In this document: piece by piece, positions 53,842-63,322 of the stretch | Layout of the letters: each line of letters opens with the position of its first letter | Position numbering within the stretch: position 1 is the first letter of the stretch | From: a candidate division WOR-3 bacterium | GTDB lineage: Bacteria > Hydrothermota > Tepidihabitantia > Tepidihabitantales > Tepidihabitantaceae | Length of the DNA stretch: 64,000 bases | NCBI GenBank assembly: GCA_965649295.1 | Contig: CBFGKH010000005.1 | Location: 64,001 to 128,000, forward strand | Reading direction: 5' to 3' | Made by a program: the position numbers and the translations under genes | Notes under the pieces: model-generated | Databases searched by the model: none | What the model was told of the DNA's origin: nothing | Seen by the model: only the letters and a program-made list of their open reading frames with translations

Positions 53842-55473
53842 GTGTCCGTTATCCTGTTGATATTGCTGGCCACGCCCGTTCAGCAGCCGGCCGAGTTTCG
53901 CTCGTTACGAATCCTGTTCACAGCGGACATTCATGCGCGGTCGCAGCCGACAGTTGATTTTGAGTCACCGGGCCGGCCACGCAGACGGCTCGGTGGCTGG
54001 GCCGGGCTGCGACGGACAATTGATTCACTCCGCACGCCGACGACCCTGCTGGTTGACTGTGGTGATTTTGCTTTTGGCTCACCTGAATCGGATAGTCTTC
54101 AGGGGCGTCTCGTGGTGCAGTTCATGAATAGGCTCGGCTATGATGCAGCAGCACTGGGTCCCCGTGACTTCAGTGGCGGGCTTGCTAATGTCGAGTTCCT
54201 GGCGACGGCGGCCGGGTTTCCGCTGCTTGCTGACCCGATGCTGAACGTCGCACTCAATCGCCGAGCTCCGCTGTTCAGTCCCTATGTGTTGCGAAAGGTC
54301 GGGGGAATGCGGGTGGCACTGATTGCGGTCACTGGCCCGCTGACAGCAGCATTGGACGGCAGGAGCGGAATCAGGGCCATTGCATCGAGCTCAGTGGTTG
54401 AACAGGTGCGACGCTGCCTGGCGTTTGCTCAGGACGATTCAGCCGACATTGTTGTCGTCTTTGGTCGCATTGCGGTGGAAGCGGGACTAGCGGTGGCCGA
54501 TTCCTGCCCGGGTGTAAGCTTGGTCCTCTGTTCTGGTCCCGCAAGGGCTGATTGGCCGACCGGACAAACAGGGACACCGGTGCTGGCTAGCGGTGAGTAC
54601 GGTCAGCGAGTCGGTGTTGTTGACCTTGTCTATGACCAGACGACGAAAAAGACGCAGTTCTTCTCGTTTACGCTTGCGAATGTCGAGCCGGTCGCGGAGA
54701 GTACAACGAATGAGCCGGTGCTGGCCAGCAGTAGTGATGACTTTCCGTCTGATTCAGTCGGCAGACTGAGGCTTGGTCTGCAGGTTGCCGAGGCACTCCG
54801 AGCCTTCACTCGAACGAGCATCGCCATTGTGCCGCTATCCTCAATTGAATCCGGTATCGCAGCCGGGCCGATTGGCTCATACGATGCATTCGGCGTAGTC
54901 CCTTACCGGGATCGAGTTCGGATTGTTGAGGCTGATGATACGATTCTGGCTGGTTTGCTGGTAACGGCGGGGGATTCGGCACTGCCAGCGCCGGCAGTTG
55001 CTGGTGCTGATTTCTTTGTGACGAGCGATACTTCTTACTGGCCGACAGTGGGCAGTGTCGCACGGCTCCGACCGCGCGAGCGACGCTTGGGCGCTTACCG
55101 GGTCGCGGTAACCGAGCAGTGGCTTGCCCAGCTTCATTCCCCTCCCAGCGGCCGACTACTGGAACAGGACCTAACAACCGTTTGGCTTTCCTGGTTGCGT
55201 GGCGCGGGTGCGTTGCGTTCGCAGCAGTCGGTTCGGCTTTATCCGGCAACGCCCGGTGTCCAGCGGCCGGCTGAGCTAGGGCTTGTCAATATCAACACTG
55301 CCGATGTTGAGCTACTCTGTACGTTGCCCGGTATTGGACCAAAGACTGCAGCTCGAATAGTTGAACACCGGCAGTCAATTGGGCGGTTTCGGGCAGTCGA
55401 GGAGCTAATGAACGTCCGTGGTATCGGGCCAAAACGTTTTGCCCAGATCCGGTCGCTAATCTGCGTACGCTAG
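53842..55473 (+). CDS. 5'-nucleotidase-like (degenerate metallophosphoesterase) domain fused to ComEA helix-hairpin-helix DNA-binding domain
   Basis: FTADIH, VDCGD, MNRLGYDAAALGPRDF; C-terminal VNINTA..L.TLPGIGPKTAARIV..R...GRF..VEEL.NVRGIG. Confidence 0.82.
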   Translation: MSVILLILLATPVQQPAEFRSLRILFTADIHARSQPTVDFESPGRPRRRLGGWAGLRRTIDSLRTPTTLLVDCGDFAFGSPESDSLQGRLVVQFMNRLGYDAAALGPRDFSGGLANVEFLATAAGFPLLADPMLNVALNRRAPLFSPYVLRKVGGMRVALIAVTGPLTAALDGRSGIRAIASSSVVEQVRRCLAFAQDDSADIVVVFGRIAVEAGLAVADSCPGVSLVLCSGPARADWPTGQTGTPVLASGEYGQRVGVVDLVYDQTTKKTQFFSFTLANVEPVAESTTNEPVLASSSDDFPSDSVGRLRLGLQVAEALRAFTRTSIAIVPLSSIESGIAAGPIGSYDAFGVVPYRDRVRIVEADDTILAGLLVTAGDSALPAPAVAGADFFVTSDTSYWPTVGSVARLRPRERRLGAYRVAVTEQWLAQLHSPPSGRLLEQDLTTVWLSWLRGAGALRSQQSVRLYPATPGVQRPAELGLVNINTADVELLCTLPGIGPKTAARIVEHRQSIGRFRAVEELMNVRGIGPKRFAQIRSLICVR

Positions 55474-55482
55474 CAGCCTAGC

Positions 55483-56922
55483 CTAATAGGTCCGAGCGTA
55501 GTAGATTACCCGGGATTGCTCACGGCCACAGATAATGCATTTTCCCCGTTCGTTCTGTTCGTGAAGCGGCAGGTTGCGTGGAGTCGTCCGTGTTTGGTCA
55601 ATGATGGCCCGTTCGCAGTCTGCTGAGCCACACCAGAAGACTTTCACAAAGCCAGGAGCAGCAGTAATCTTCTCCATAAACTCGGCAATCGTGCTTGCCT
55701 GAGAAGTTCGGCTTGCGACAAAACGACGTGCACGGTCGAGCATGCCGCGCTGAATCTGGTCAAGCAACCGGCCCAGCTCAACCGGCAGGTTATCGATCGG
55801 CACCGCAAGTTTGCCTGAGCCGTCACGCGGCACCAGGACGCACTTCCCAGCCTGGACGTCGCGAGGCCCAATTTCGATTCGCACCGGTACGCCGCGCATC
55901 TCATATTCGTTGAACTTCCAGCCGGCGGTCTGATTTGGGCGGTCGTCAAGGTGAACGCGGAAGTTGGCTAGTGAGGCAAGGACCTGGCGACAGGTTGCTA
56001 ACACGGTCTCATCGTTCTTACCGAACAGTATCGGAACGATAACAGCCTGATGGGGAGCAACGCGAGGCGGCAGAAAGAGCCCATTGTCATCGCCGTGCAT
56101 CATCACCAGCGCGCCAACCAGTCGCGTGGTCACGCCCCAGGACGTTCCCCAAGGTCGCTTCTCGGTGTTGTCCTCGTCCAGATAGCGAATGTCGAATGCT
56201 TCAGCAAAGTGCTGGCCGAGGTCATGCGATGTACCGGCTTGCAGTGCTTGGCCATCGGGCATCAGTGCCTCAATCGAGTAGGTGGCACCAGCACCGGGGA
56301 ACTTCTCACTCTCTGGCTTCAGCCCGGCAACCACCGGTACGGCAAGGTCATTCTCGACGAAGTCCACATAGATATCGAGTATCCGAAGCGCCTCGGCGCT
56401 GGCTTCGGCGTGGGTGCGATGGAGCGTATGTCCTTCCTGCCAAAGGAACTCGAGCGTACGCAGAAAGAGCCGAGTTGCCTTTTCCCAACGAAAGATGTTG
56501 CACCACTGGTTGATGAGAACCGGCAGGTCGCGATAGCTCTTCACCCACTTGGCATACATTGTGTTGATAATGGCCTCGCTCGTCGGACGGAGCGCTAGCC
56601 GCTCAGCCAACGGCGAGTCACCGCCCTGAGTTACCCATGCTACCTGCGGTGCGAACCCTTCGACGTGCTCAGCTTCACGAACTAGCAGCCCTTCCGGGAT
56701 GAGGGTGGGGAAGTAGGCGTTGACGTGACCGGTTGCCTTGAGACGCTGGTCGAGAAGTCGCTGCATGTTCTCCCAGAGCGCATAACCATAGGGTCTGATA
56801 ACCATGCAGCCACGCACCGGCGCATAGTCGGCTAGTTCGGCTTTCAATACGACAGCCGTGTACCAGTCTGAGAAAGATGCTGACTTCGCCGGAATCTGAA
56901 TAACTGTGCCGTCTGATTTCAT
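55483..56922 (-). CDS. proS: proline--tRNA ligase, archaeal/eukaryote-like type
   Basis: FSDWY, VRGCMVIRPYG, LRPTSE, NQWCN..RWE, FLRTLEFLWQEGHT, QAGTSH.LGQ, C-terminal CIICG..YARTY; ATG 56922. Confidence 0.96.
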   Translation of the reverse strand: MKSDGTVIQIPAKSASFSDWYTAVVLKAELADYAPVRGCMVIRPYGYALWENMQRLLDQRLKATGHVNAYFPTLIPEGLLVREAEHVEGFAPQVAWVTQGGDSPLAERLALRPTSEAIINTMYAKWVKSYRDLPVLINQWCNIFRWEKATRLFLRTLEFLWQEGHTLHRTHAEASAEALRILDIYVDFVENDLAVPVVAGLKPESEKFPGAGATYSIEALMPDGQALQAGTSHDLGQHFAEAFDIRYLDEDNTEKRPWGTSWGVTTRLVGALVMMHGDDNGLFLPPRVAPHQAVIVPILFGKNDETVLATCRQVLASLANFRVHLDDRPNQTAGWKFNEYEMRGVPVRIEIGPRDVQAGKCVLVPRDGSGKLAVPIDNLPVELGRLLDQIQRGMLDRARRFVASRTSQASTIAEFMEKITAAPGFVKVFWCGSADCERAIIDQTRTTPRNLPLHEQNERGKCIICGREQSRVIYYARTY

Positions 56923-56930
56923 CGTCGCGT

Positions 56931-56958
56931 ATAGTAGCTGGCAGAGTGGGCGAGTCAA
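56931..56958 (-). promoter_or_regulatory. promoter, likely leaderless, of proS
   Basis: minus strand TTGACT, 16 nt, gcTACTAT, 8 nt, ATG. Confidence 0.65.
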
Positions 56959-57210
56959 GTTGAGGCATCACCCTTGGGTTCGGCCATGGCGTGACTTGCC
57001 GCAGCCGAAGCTGCCTCATCGGTCACAATACAGCTCTATCGTGACGAGTGTCTATTAGTTATATGGAGCCGACACTGGTTTTGTGCGAACAAAACCGAAG
57101 GGCAAGCAATTGAGGAGCGGGGACAGTGACTGCGGACAGTGGTTACGAAAGTGGCTAATAAGCGCTGACAAACAACGGCGATACAAATTGTTAGGATGAG
57201 GTAGCTGGGT

Positions 57211-57444
57211 TTGGATGGTCCCCCCAGTGGACTGTCCCGGGAGTGGTCTCCTGAGCCTGTTCCTAAGCTGTCACTGGAGCTGATTTCGGCGGAGCTGGCG
57301 TCACCGCTTCCCGAGGAGATTCGCATTATCAGTGGTTCGCTGATCGCCGACAGGATTGCAGCGAAGTCCCTAGGTCTGCTGCTCAGCGTGTCTCATGATA
57401 TGCTTACCAATCGCGTTGCGTTTCTCATTCGTGGGGAGACTTAG
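57211..57444 (+). CDS. possible small hypothetical protein (77 aa)
   Basis: TTG start after GAGG in an otherwise empty region; amphipathic-looking sequence; no recognisable motif. Confidence 0.35.
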   Translation: MDGPPSGLSREWSPEPVPKLSLELISAELASPLPEEIRIISGSLIADRIAAKSLGLLLSVSHDMLTNRVAFLIRGET

Positions 57445-57581
57445 GTGCTATCTATCGATTAGCTTGGGATTATGCGTCGGTAGGAGCTAGCGACATTCAC
57501 ATCCAGCATTGCGCTTAGGCCCGAGAAGTGGCTGGAAGAACAGAGCAACGCCACGAATCGGTGCTAGAGCAGCTTGTTCCG

Positions 57582-57609
57582 TTGACTTGTTGCTTTGGCC
57601 AGCTATAAT
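57582..57609 (+). promoter_or_regulatory. near-consensus sigma70 promoter
   Basis: TTGACT, 16 nt, gcTATAAT. Confidence 0.75.
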
Positions 57610-57713
57610 AGTACACGAAGAGTGGAAACGATGGGTTACGGTTTCTTTAGCTGCAGGCGCGGACAGACGATGGTCCAGTGGCCTGCTTTTCTGTCTTTGG
57701 TGGAGGTAACAGC

Positions 57714-58031
57714 ATGAAAGGTCCCTATCTTTTGCGGCCAATCAATATTGACATGTCGGTGCCGACGCGAGTGGGCGGAGTATATTGCCTTGGCCGTAGT
57801 TCACGCAATGTCGTCTATGTGGGCCGGGCCGAACGAGACCTGCGCGACAAGATAAAGTCCCATTGGCCTGAGTACCAGATGTTCTGGTATGAGCCGGCCT
57901 TGTCACCCCGTGAGTGCTACATCCGCCATTGCCACGCCTATCATCGTCACGAGAACAATGGTCTCGAAGTGAAAGAACATCCAGTGCCGCCGGCTAACGT
58001 CGACGTGAAGTGTCCAGTTTGCGGCGCCTAG
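57714..58031 (+). CDS. small GIY-YIG-like protein with C-terminal CPVC motif
   Basis: SD GGAGGT; GGVYCL..VVYVGRA..L..KI.SH; HP...CPVCG. Confidence 0.7.
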   Translation: MKGPYLLRPINIDMSVPTRVGGVYCLGRSSRNVVYVGRAERDLRDKIKSHWPEYQMFWYEPALSPRECYIRHCHAYHRHENNGLEVKEHPVPPANVDVKCPVCGA

Positions 58032-58067
58032 CAGGCAACTAGTCACGAGGCCAGAGCTTGGACGATG

Positions 58068-58090
58068 AGAACGGCCGTTGCGGCCGTTCT
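58068..58090. terminator. 10-bp hairpin between convergent genes
   Basis: AGAACGGCCG-TTG-CGGCCGTTCT followed by GCATTTT. Confidence 0.6.
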
Positions 58091-58096
58091 GCATTT

Positions 58097-60886
58097 TCAG
58101 GGTAGGTCAGCAGGTGCCGCAGTCTCGGTAAGGTAGCGGAGCGGATTGCGGTTTGGATTCATGCCTACGAAGATGTTGCTGAGTATGTCGCTTTGGATAC
58201 CGCCATAAAGTTTGAACGATTCGGAAGGTAGTAGTTGGCCAGCAATACCCACCGACAGACTGGCTGGGACCAGATGCAGTAGTACAACATCAAGGCGAAG
58301 TTCGCAGCCTACGCTGAGAACGACGTTGGTCAGTTCTGTTCGGGTTGGTAAGCTACCGCCTGCAATCAAGCCAGCATCAGTGAAGACGGCAGCGTTTGGA
58401 TTCTGAAGAAACAGCGGCGCGGTACTGATGCCGCGTTCCAGCCACCATAGCGGCTTGCGTAGTTGCAATCCGGTAGTGACGATGGTGCGACCGTACATTG
58501 GTTGGTTGATGCCGCGTACACCGATGATTGCTCGGTGAGCGAGCTGCCAGGCCCGGTTGACTGCTGAGTCGCCGATTGCTGTTCCCAAAGCAAGATGAGT
58601 GCGCAGACTCCAGTCTTGGGGTGGACGGCCAAAATAGTGGACGTAGGTGCCGAGGACCCGAACCAGATCGTTTGGGCCGAACAAACGTCGCGCAGTCGCA
58701 TCGAGATGAAGTCCGGTGATTCGTCCCTGGACCGGGGCGACGCAGAAGCGATAGCGCAGGGCGTCAGAGAATGTCCACTCGGCATCGAAACGCGCACGAA
58801 GTAAGCGAGTCCGAGTAGCTGAGGCAGCTAGATCAAGCCAGTTCGTATGACTGGTTCCGTACCAGCTGAATCCGATACCGGTACTCGCCTGTTGAGTCTT
58901 GCGGGCCGCATCAACCACCATGCTCAGTGTCGGCCCGAGACCGCTGTAGCTGTACCCAAAGTTGAGATGGGGCGTGCTATCGTGGAAACGCCATCCGCCA
59001 AGAAACGAGTAGTTGTGGAGTCGAAGCGCATCCCAGCCGATGGTGAATAATTCAGCAGTCAAGCCAGTCCCGTCAAACGGCAGCGGTAGCCAGAATTGAG
59101 GCCAGAGTGAGGGAAACGGGCTATAGTAGTATAGAGTTGTAGCAACCGTACTTTCCGGACGAAAAACAGGCGGCAAACTCGGTTCGAGGGCTGTGACTTC
59201 GTGCCAGTTGGCGGTGTTCAGTTCAATTAGTTCGATGTCATCGCCGATTGCTGAACGGCCAATGACAGCAATCCGCTGGTTGTCAGGCGAAATGGCTGGC
59301 TCGAAGTAACCATACAGCGAATTGGTACACTGAAGCAGTCTGCCAGTCGCAAGTTCATAGGCAAACAGGTTATAGACTCCAGTACGGTCAGACGCGAAGA
59401 ACAGGAATCTGCCCGTGCGAGACCAACAGGGAGATAGGTCATTGGCCAAGTCATTGGTTATTGGAATCGTCCAGCCGGAACGATAATCGATGAGTTCGAT
59501 GTCGGCATAGCCGCCGGCCCGTTGGACACCCACTGCCAGCCACTTGCCACTGGGCGAGAACCGCGGGCGGTGATAGACAGCTCCATCAGTACCGTCTGCG
59601 AGCACATGGGTTTCACCGGTACGGTAGTCAAGAAGACGAACTTCGGTTCGCTCGCCGACTGTTGCAACAAGGGCTATTAGAGTCGTGTCAGGAGCAAAGT
59701 CTGGGTCGCGGGCGCGCTGGCCGTGTGTCAGTCGCCGTGTTCTGCCTGTTGCAATATCCAGCCAGAAGAGGTCATCGAACTCGTAATAGTTTTGGAAACG
59801 GTGGCGTTCCGAGAAGACCAGCCAACGTCCATCAGGGGAGAGGCTGAGGCTAGAGTTGAGGAGTCCACGGTGGAGCACTTCAACACTGCCGTCGGCGGTG
59901 TCCACTGCTTTGATTGCCGGGTACTCGCGGCCGTTACGTGATACGTAATAGACCTTGCCGCCGCCACTCGACCAGCAGGGTGCGACTGTGTAAAACCCCT
60001 CGTTAGTCAGGCGACGAGAGGGTGTTGTCGCACCGATGGCTGCGCGGACTGAATCGGAGTAGGCCTTGGCCGCTATCTGCCAGTCGCGCCAGTACCGGCT
60101 GAGCGTCCTACCAATACTGCGTCGGGCATTGTAGTTATCGAGAAAAGGAAATGACCGGGCTCGAGCCAGGTTGAAACGGCGCGCGGCGAGCGAATCGTGT
60201 TCGGAGATGTATTGGAACAGCCTGCTGCCATACAGATATGGTGCGTTTCCGGCTGGGTAGCGCCGGAGTTCGTAGTTGCCGCAACGATCGATTGGTAGCA
60301 ATGTACCATTGTCAGCAGCGGCCCGAATCATCGCATCGTAGTCGGCGCTGCGGAGTCTGCCGAACTCTGAGTAACGGGTCTCGCAGAAGATAGCGTATCC
60401 TTCATTAATCCAGGCAGGGGCGATGGCGTTGGGTAACGCAACTCGGCCGAATACGCGCCGGAGAATGAGCGGAAGGCCACCAGCCATGTCGGTCTGGAGA
60501 ATGTGAGCGTATTCGTGCAGTATCAGGGTGCGAAGCCAGTCGTCGTCATTGGTACGGCTACCTGGTTCGGGGGTTGGGATGATTGTGATTGTGTTGTTCG
60601 GGAATGGCGTTGCCCAACCGTTGAGATAGTCATAGAAGCTGGCTATCACGATGTCAGTGCGGCCGGTGGGATGCCAGCCGGCCACCGGGGCGAGTGTCGT
60701 GTGTATCTCCTCGGCTAGGTTTGCCACACGTTGAGGCAGGACTAGCGATTCTTGGGCGATTGGTCCAGACAGCGGAAAGTGAACCGCAAAGTGCTCACTC
60801 TCGAGAGTGTACCAGCGCAGGCGCGGATCAATGCTGACACTGCCCGGTAGCTGACTGCAAACGAGTATCAGGATGAAGAGGCTCAT
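58097..60886 (-). CDS. gluzincin-like metallopeptidase + PD40/TolB-like propeller + Omp85-like barrel fusion
   Basis: LILHEYAH..WINEGYA; PD40 repeats (LSPDGRWLVF, DPDFAPD, PRFSPSGKWL, PCWS.TGRFLFFASDRTGVYNLF); C-terminal amphipathic strands incl. GVRG. Confidence 0.75.
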   Translation of the reverse strand: MSLFILILVCSQLPGSVSIDPRLRWYTLESEHFAVHFPLSGPIAQESLVLPQRVANLAEEIHTTLAPVAGWHPTGRTDIVIASFYDYLNGWATPFPNNTITIIPTPEPGSRTNDDDWLRTLILHEYAHILQTDMAGGLPLILRRVFGRVALPNAIAPAWINEGYAIFCETRYSEFGRLRSADYDAMIRAAADNGTLLPIDRCGNYELRRYPAGNAPYLYGSRLFQYISEHDSLAARRFNLARARSFPFLDNYNARRSIGRTLSRYWRDWQIAAKAYSDSVRAAIGATTPSRRLTNEGFYTVAPCWSSGGGKVYYVSRNGREYPAIKAVDTADGSVEVLHRGLLNSSLSLSPDGRWLVFSERHRFQNYYEFDDLFWLDIATGRTRRLTHGQRARDPDFAPDTTLIALVATVGERTEVRLLDYRTGETHVLADGTDGAVYHRPRFSPSGKWLAVGVQRAGGYADIELIDYRSGWTIPITNDLANDLSPCWSRTGRFLFFASDRTGVYNLFAYELATGRLLQCTNSLYGYFEPAISPDNQRIAVIGRSAIGDDIELIELNTANWHEVTALEPSLPPVFRPESTVATTLYYYSPFPSLWPQFWLPLPFDGTGLTAELFTIGWDALRLHNYSFLGGWRFHDSTPHLNFGYSYSGLGPTLSMVVDAARKTQQASTGIGFSWYGTSHTNWLDLAASATRTRLLRARFDAEWTFSDALRYRFCVAPVQGRITGLHLDATARRLFGPNDLVRVLGTYVHYFGRPPQDWSLRTHLALGTAIGDSAVNRAWQLAHRAIIGVRGINQPMYGRTIVTTGLQLRKPLWWLERGISTAPLFLQNPNAAVFTDAGLIAGGSLPTRTELTNVVLSVGCELRLDVVLLHLVPASLSVGIAGQLLPSESFKLYGGIQSDILSNIFVGMNPNRNPLRYLTETAAPADLP

Positions 60887-62040
60887 TGAGTCATCACGAG
60901 TCGCTTCAGCAGGATAGTGGCGTAGGCACCGGCTGGTAGAAACATCCCGAGAGTTAGCTTGAGTTTATCAGGATAGAGCTCGTCAGGCTCGGGCGCGGTT
61001 ACGGTTAGCTGCTGTGGTACGATACGGGCAGAACGTAGATATGGTTTGAAGTAAATGCCGTGGATACGAGTCTTGAACTTGAGGTCTGCAAGCTTCAGAC
61101 CCTGGGCCCGCAGGACTTTGGTAACGATGGCCTCGATGCGTCTATCGTTGAATTGGGTCCGGGGAGCAACGGCCGGTATCTGCAAACCGGTCAGGTAGCC
61201 ATCTTGATTTGCTGAGAGTTCTGACCAGAAGACGAGTTGGCCATGGGAATACTTTATTTCATTGGTGGCCGCGCCAAGCTGCCGCACAAGAGTCGCAAGG
61301 GTGTCATTCCAAAACCAGGCTTGGTAGGCGGCTATGAAAAGTTCAAGCATGGCGCGCGGTATCTGCGCTACCGCACCTTTGAAATCACGGGGCTTGCGGA
61401 TGAGATGTTCGATTACCGGTCGGGCTTCCCGTGGTACTATCTGAGTAATCTTGGCCCACTGTCCCCAGTTCTCGGCGATTAGTCTCTTTGTCCGCCTCAC
61501 TTTGGGCGGATCGGCAAACGATGGGGTCGCGAGGTAGAGTTTGAGAGCACCATTGAAGTGTCCGTCAATGAGCTTGCGGGCTACGAAGCCCTCGCGGTGT
61601 CTGGCTGAGCCAAGGCGCTGTTCATCGTAGTAGTTCGCGTAGCCGAATTGTTGGACAAGTGGGAGGCCGCGTAGTATCGCGTCAGCTTCCTGTTTGGTCA
61701 AATCACGGACCGTTATCAAGAACTCGTTACCCAGCAAGTCGCGCCGACTCACTGGTCGCTGGCTGCGTCCGCAGTAGTCGAGCTGGTAGTTCTTCTCGAC
61801 TATCTTCCGTGGGCCCTGACCGCGAACCGAAATGTACTGAGTTGAAAGCGAATAGCGGTCCTTCAGTCCGGCCCGACCGGTAGCCATAAGCCCGTGACGA
61901 CGTTCAAGCTCGCGAATGACGTCAAGAGTATTCCAGAGCCGCTTGCGCAGACGATAGACAGAGTGAGGTCCGGTTCTGCCCAGCGCCAGATTCAGTCGCT
62001 CGCAGACCTGGAAGTCTTCAGGGCGACACTTGATACGCAC
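60883..62040 (-). CDS. truD: tRNA pseudouridine(13) synthase
   Basis: IK.RPEDFQV.E, AGLKDR, GNEF.I.VR, NYYDEQR, LPAGAYAT; GTG 62040 overlapping upstream TAG. Confidence 0.92.
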   Translation of the reverse strand: MRIKCRPEDFQVCERLNLALGRTGPHSVYRLRKRLWNTLDVIRELERRHGLMATGRAGLKDRYSLSTQYISVRGQGPRKIVEKNYQLDYCGRSQRPVSRRDLLGNEFLITVRDLTKQEADAILRGLPLVQQFGYANYYDEQRLGSARHREGFVARKLIDGHFNGALKLYLATPSFADPPKVRRTKRLIAENWGQWAKITQIVPREARPVIEHLIRKPRDFKGAVAQIPRAMLELFIAAYQAWFWNDTLATLVRQLGAATNEIKYSHGQLVFWSELSANQDGYLTGLQIPAVAPRTQFNDRRIEAIVTKVLRAQGLKLADLKFKTRIHGIYFKPYLRSARIVPQQLTVTAPEPDELYPDKLKLTLGMFLPAGAYATILLKRLVMTQ

Positions 62041-62321
62041 TACGTGCGTAATGTCCGGATGATTAGTAATGCACCAAGGGTTACAAAGATGATGCCGGCG
62101 CCAAGGTGCAGCCACTTCACAGGAACAAAACGTGATATCAGTCCACCCAGCAGGCAGGCGAGCAGCGAACTAGCAACAAGGGCCAGCGACGACCCAATGA
62201 AGACACTCCACACCGACTGATTGCTACAAGCAAAAGAGAACGTCGCCAACTGTGTCTTGTCGCCGAGTTCAGCAAGGAATACTGAGCCGAAGGTAACGAA
62301 CAGCAGTTTCCAGTCCATCAA
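62040..62321 (-). CDS. TMEM165/GDT1 (UPF0016) family Mn2+/Ca2+ transporter, single-domain form
   Basis: FLAELGDKTQL motif, 3 TM segments. Confidence 0.9.
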   Translation of the reverse strand: MMDWKLLFVTFGSVFLAELGDKTQLATFSFACSNQSVWSVFIGSSLALVASSLLACLLGGLISRFVPVKWLHLGAGIIFVTLGALLIIRTLRT

Positions 62322-63244
62322 GAGCTCCCGGTTTCTAACAACGTCGCGACCTCCAAAGCCTTGCCGAGGGGCTTGACTGTTAGGTCACGGTTTATCCGTC
62401 TCACGAGTCCAGCCAAGACTTGTCCTGGGCCGACTTCGTAAAAATAGGTGCAGCCCATTGTTTGAGCGCTGACAATCGTATCGGTCCAGCGCACAGGATT
62501 GGTCAACTGCCGACGCAACTGCTCGCGCAGTTCGGCCGCGTTTCGGGCAGGTTTGCCTGATAGATTGGGGATGACCGCAAAACGGGGTTCGTGGAACTGG
62601 AAGCGGTCTAGATAGTCGCTGAACTCGGCTGCCGATTCCTCAAGCAGCGGTGAGTGGAATGCTCCAGACACCGGGAGCATGACAGTTTTCAGCGCACCTC
62701 GTTGCTGGCATGCGGCAGCAACCTGTCTTACCGCCTCTATCTCGCCGGATACGACTATCTGCCTCGGTTCATTGTAGTTGGCTGGCACGACGATTCCTGG
62801 TGTCTCCTCACAGATTTGCTCAACTATCGCCTGGTCGAGGCCAATGATGGCCGCCATTGTTCCTGGCTTCTTTGAACCTTCGGCAAACATCAATTCACCA
62901 CGTCGCTTCACCAGTCGCAGCACTGAGTCAAAGTCAAGCACACCAGCAGCATACAGAGCGGTGTACTCGCCGAGGCTGTGGCCGGCGACACAGAGCGGTT
63001 CGAGATTGGGTAGCAATGCCAGGACTGCTAGCGAGTGAGTGAGAATGGCTGGCTGGGTGTAACGTGTTTGCCGAAGTTCGTCTTCGGGTCCTTCAAACGA
63101 CAGGCGGCGAATGTCAATCTCAATAATGTCTGTCGCCCGATCGTAAACATCACGGGCAGCCGGGTAGCGTTCATACAGGTCAGCGCCCATGCCGACAGTC
63201 TGCGAGCCTTGTCCAGGGAATAACAGACCGAAGTTCGTGTTCAT
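62318..63244 (-). CDS. fabD: malonyl-CoA:ACP transacylase
   Basis: FPGQGSQ, TQPAI, GHSLGEY, VSGAFHS, EVGPG. Confidence 0.96.
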   Translation of the reverse strand: MNTNFGLLFPGQGSQTVGMGADLYERYPAARDVYDRATDIIEIDIRRLSFEGPEDELRQTRYTQPAILTHSLAVLALLPNLEPLCVAGHSLGEYTALYAAGVLDFDSVLRLVKRRGELMFAEGSKKPGTMAAIIGLDQAIVEQICEETPGIVVPANYNEPRQIVVSGEIEAVRQVAAACQQRGALKTVMLPVSGAFHSPLLEESAAEFSDYLDRFQFHEPRFAVIPNLSGKPARNAAELREQLRRQLTNPVRWTDTIVSAQTMGCTYFYEVGPGQVLAGLVRRINRDLTVKPLGKALEVATLLETGSS

Positions 63245-63283
63245 AGTTCACTCCAGTTTGTTGGGGGCCATCGCCATCCGGCA

Positions 63284-63312
63284 ATCTTACGAGCTACCCT
63301 CGATGCGGTCAA
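63284..63312 (-). promoter_or_regulatory. promoter of fabD operon
   Basis: minus strand TTGACC, 17 nt, TAAGAT; leader carries GGAG SD. Confidence 0.6.
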
Positions 63313-63322
63313 GCTGACCGGA

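Noticed and set aside
56922..56958. Extended N-termini in the ORF track (7449, 29292, 37186, 49148, 56958, 63323, 40647, 14207, 27595, 62115)
   Set aside because: The extensions run through predicted promoters (at 7449, 56958 and 63323 the TTG is the -35 TTGAC itself) or into upstream genes. The downstream starts have SD, promoter or overlap support.
57714..58031. Homing endonuclease or mobile intron
   Set aside because: The ORF is only 105 aa, free-standing with its own promoter, SD and terminator. It interrupts no host gene and has no intron-like flanks.
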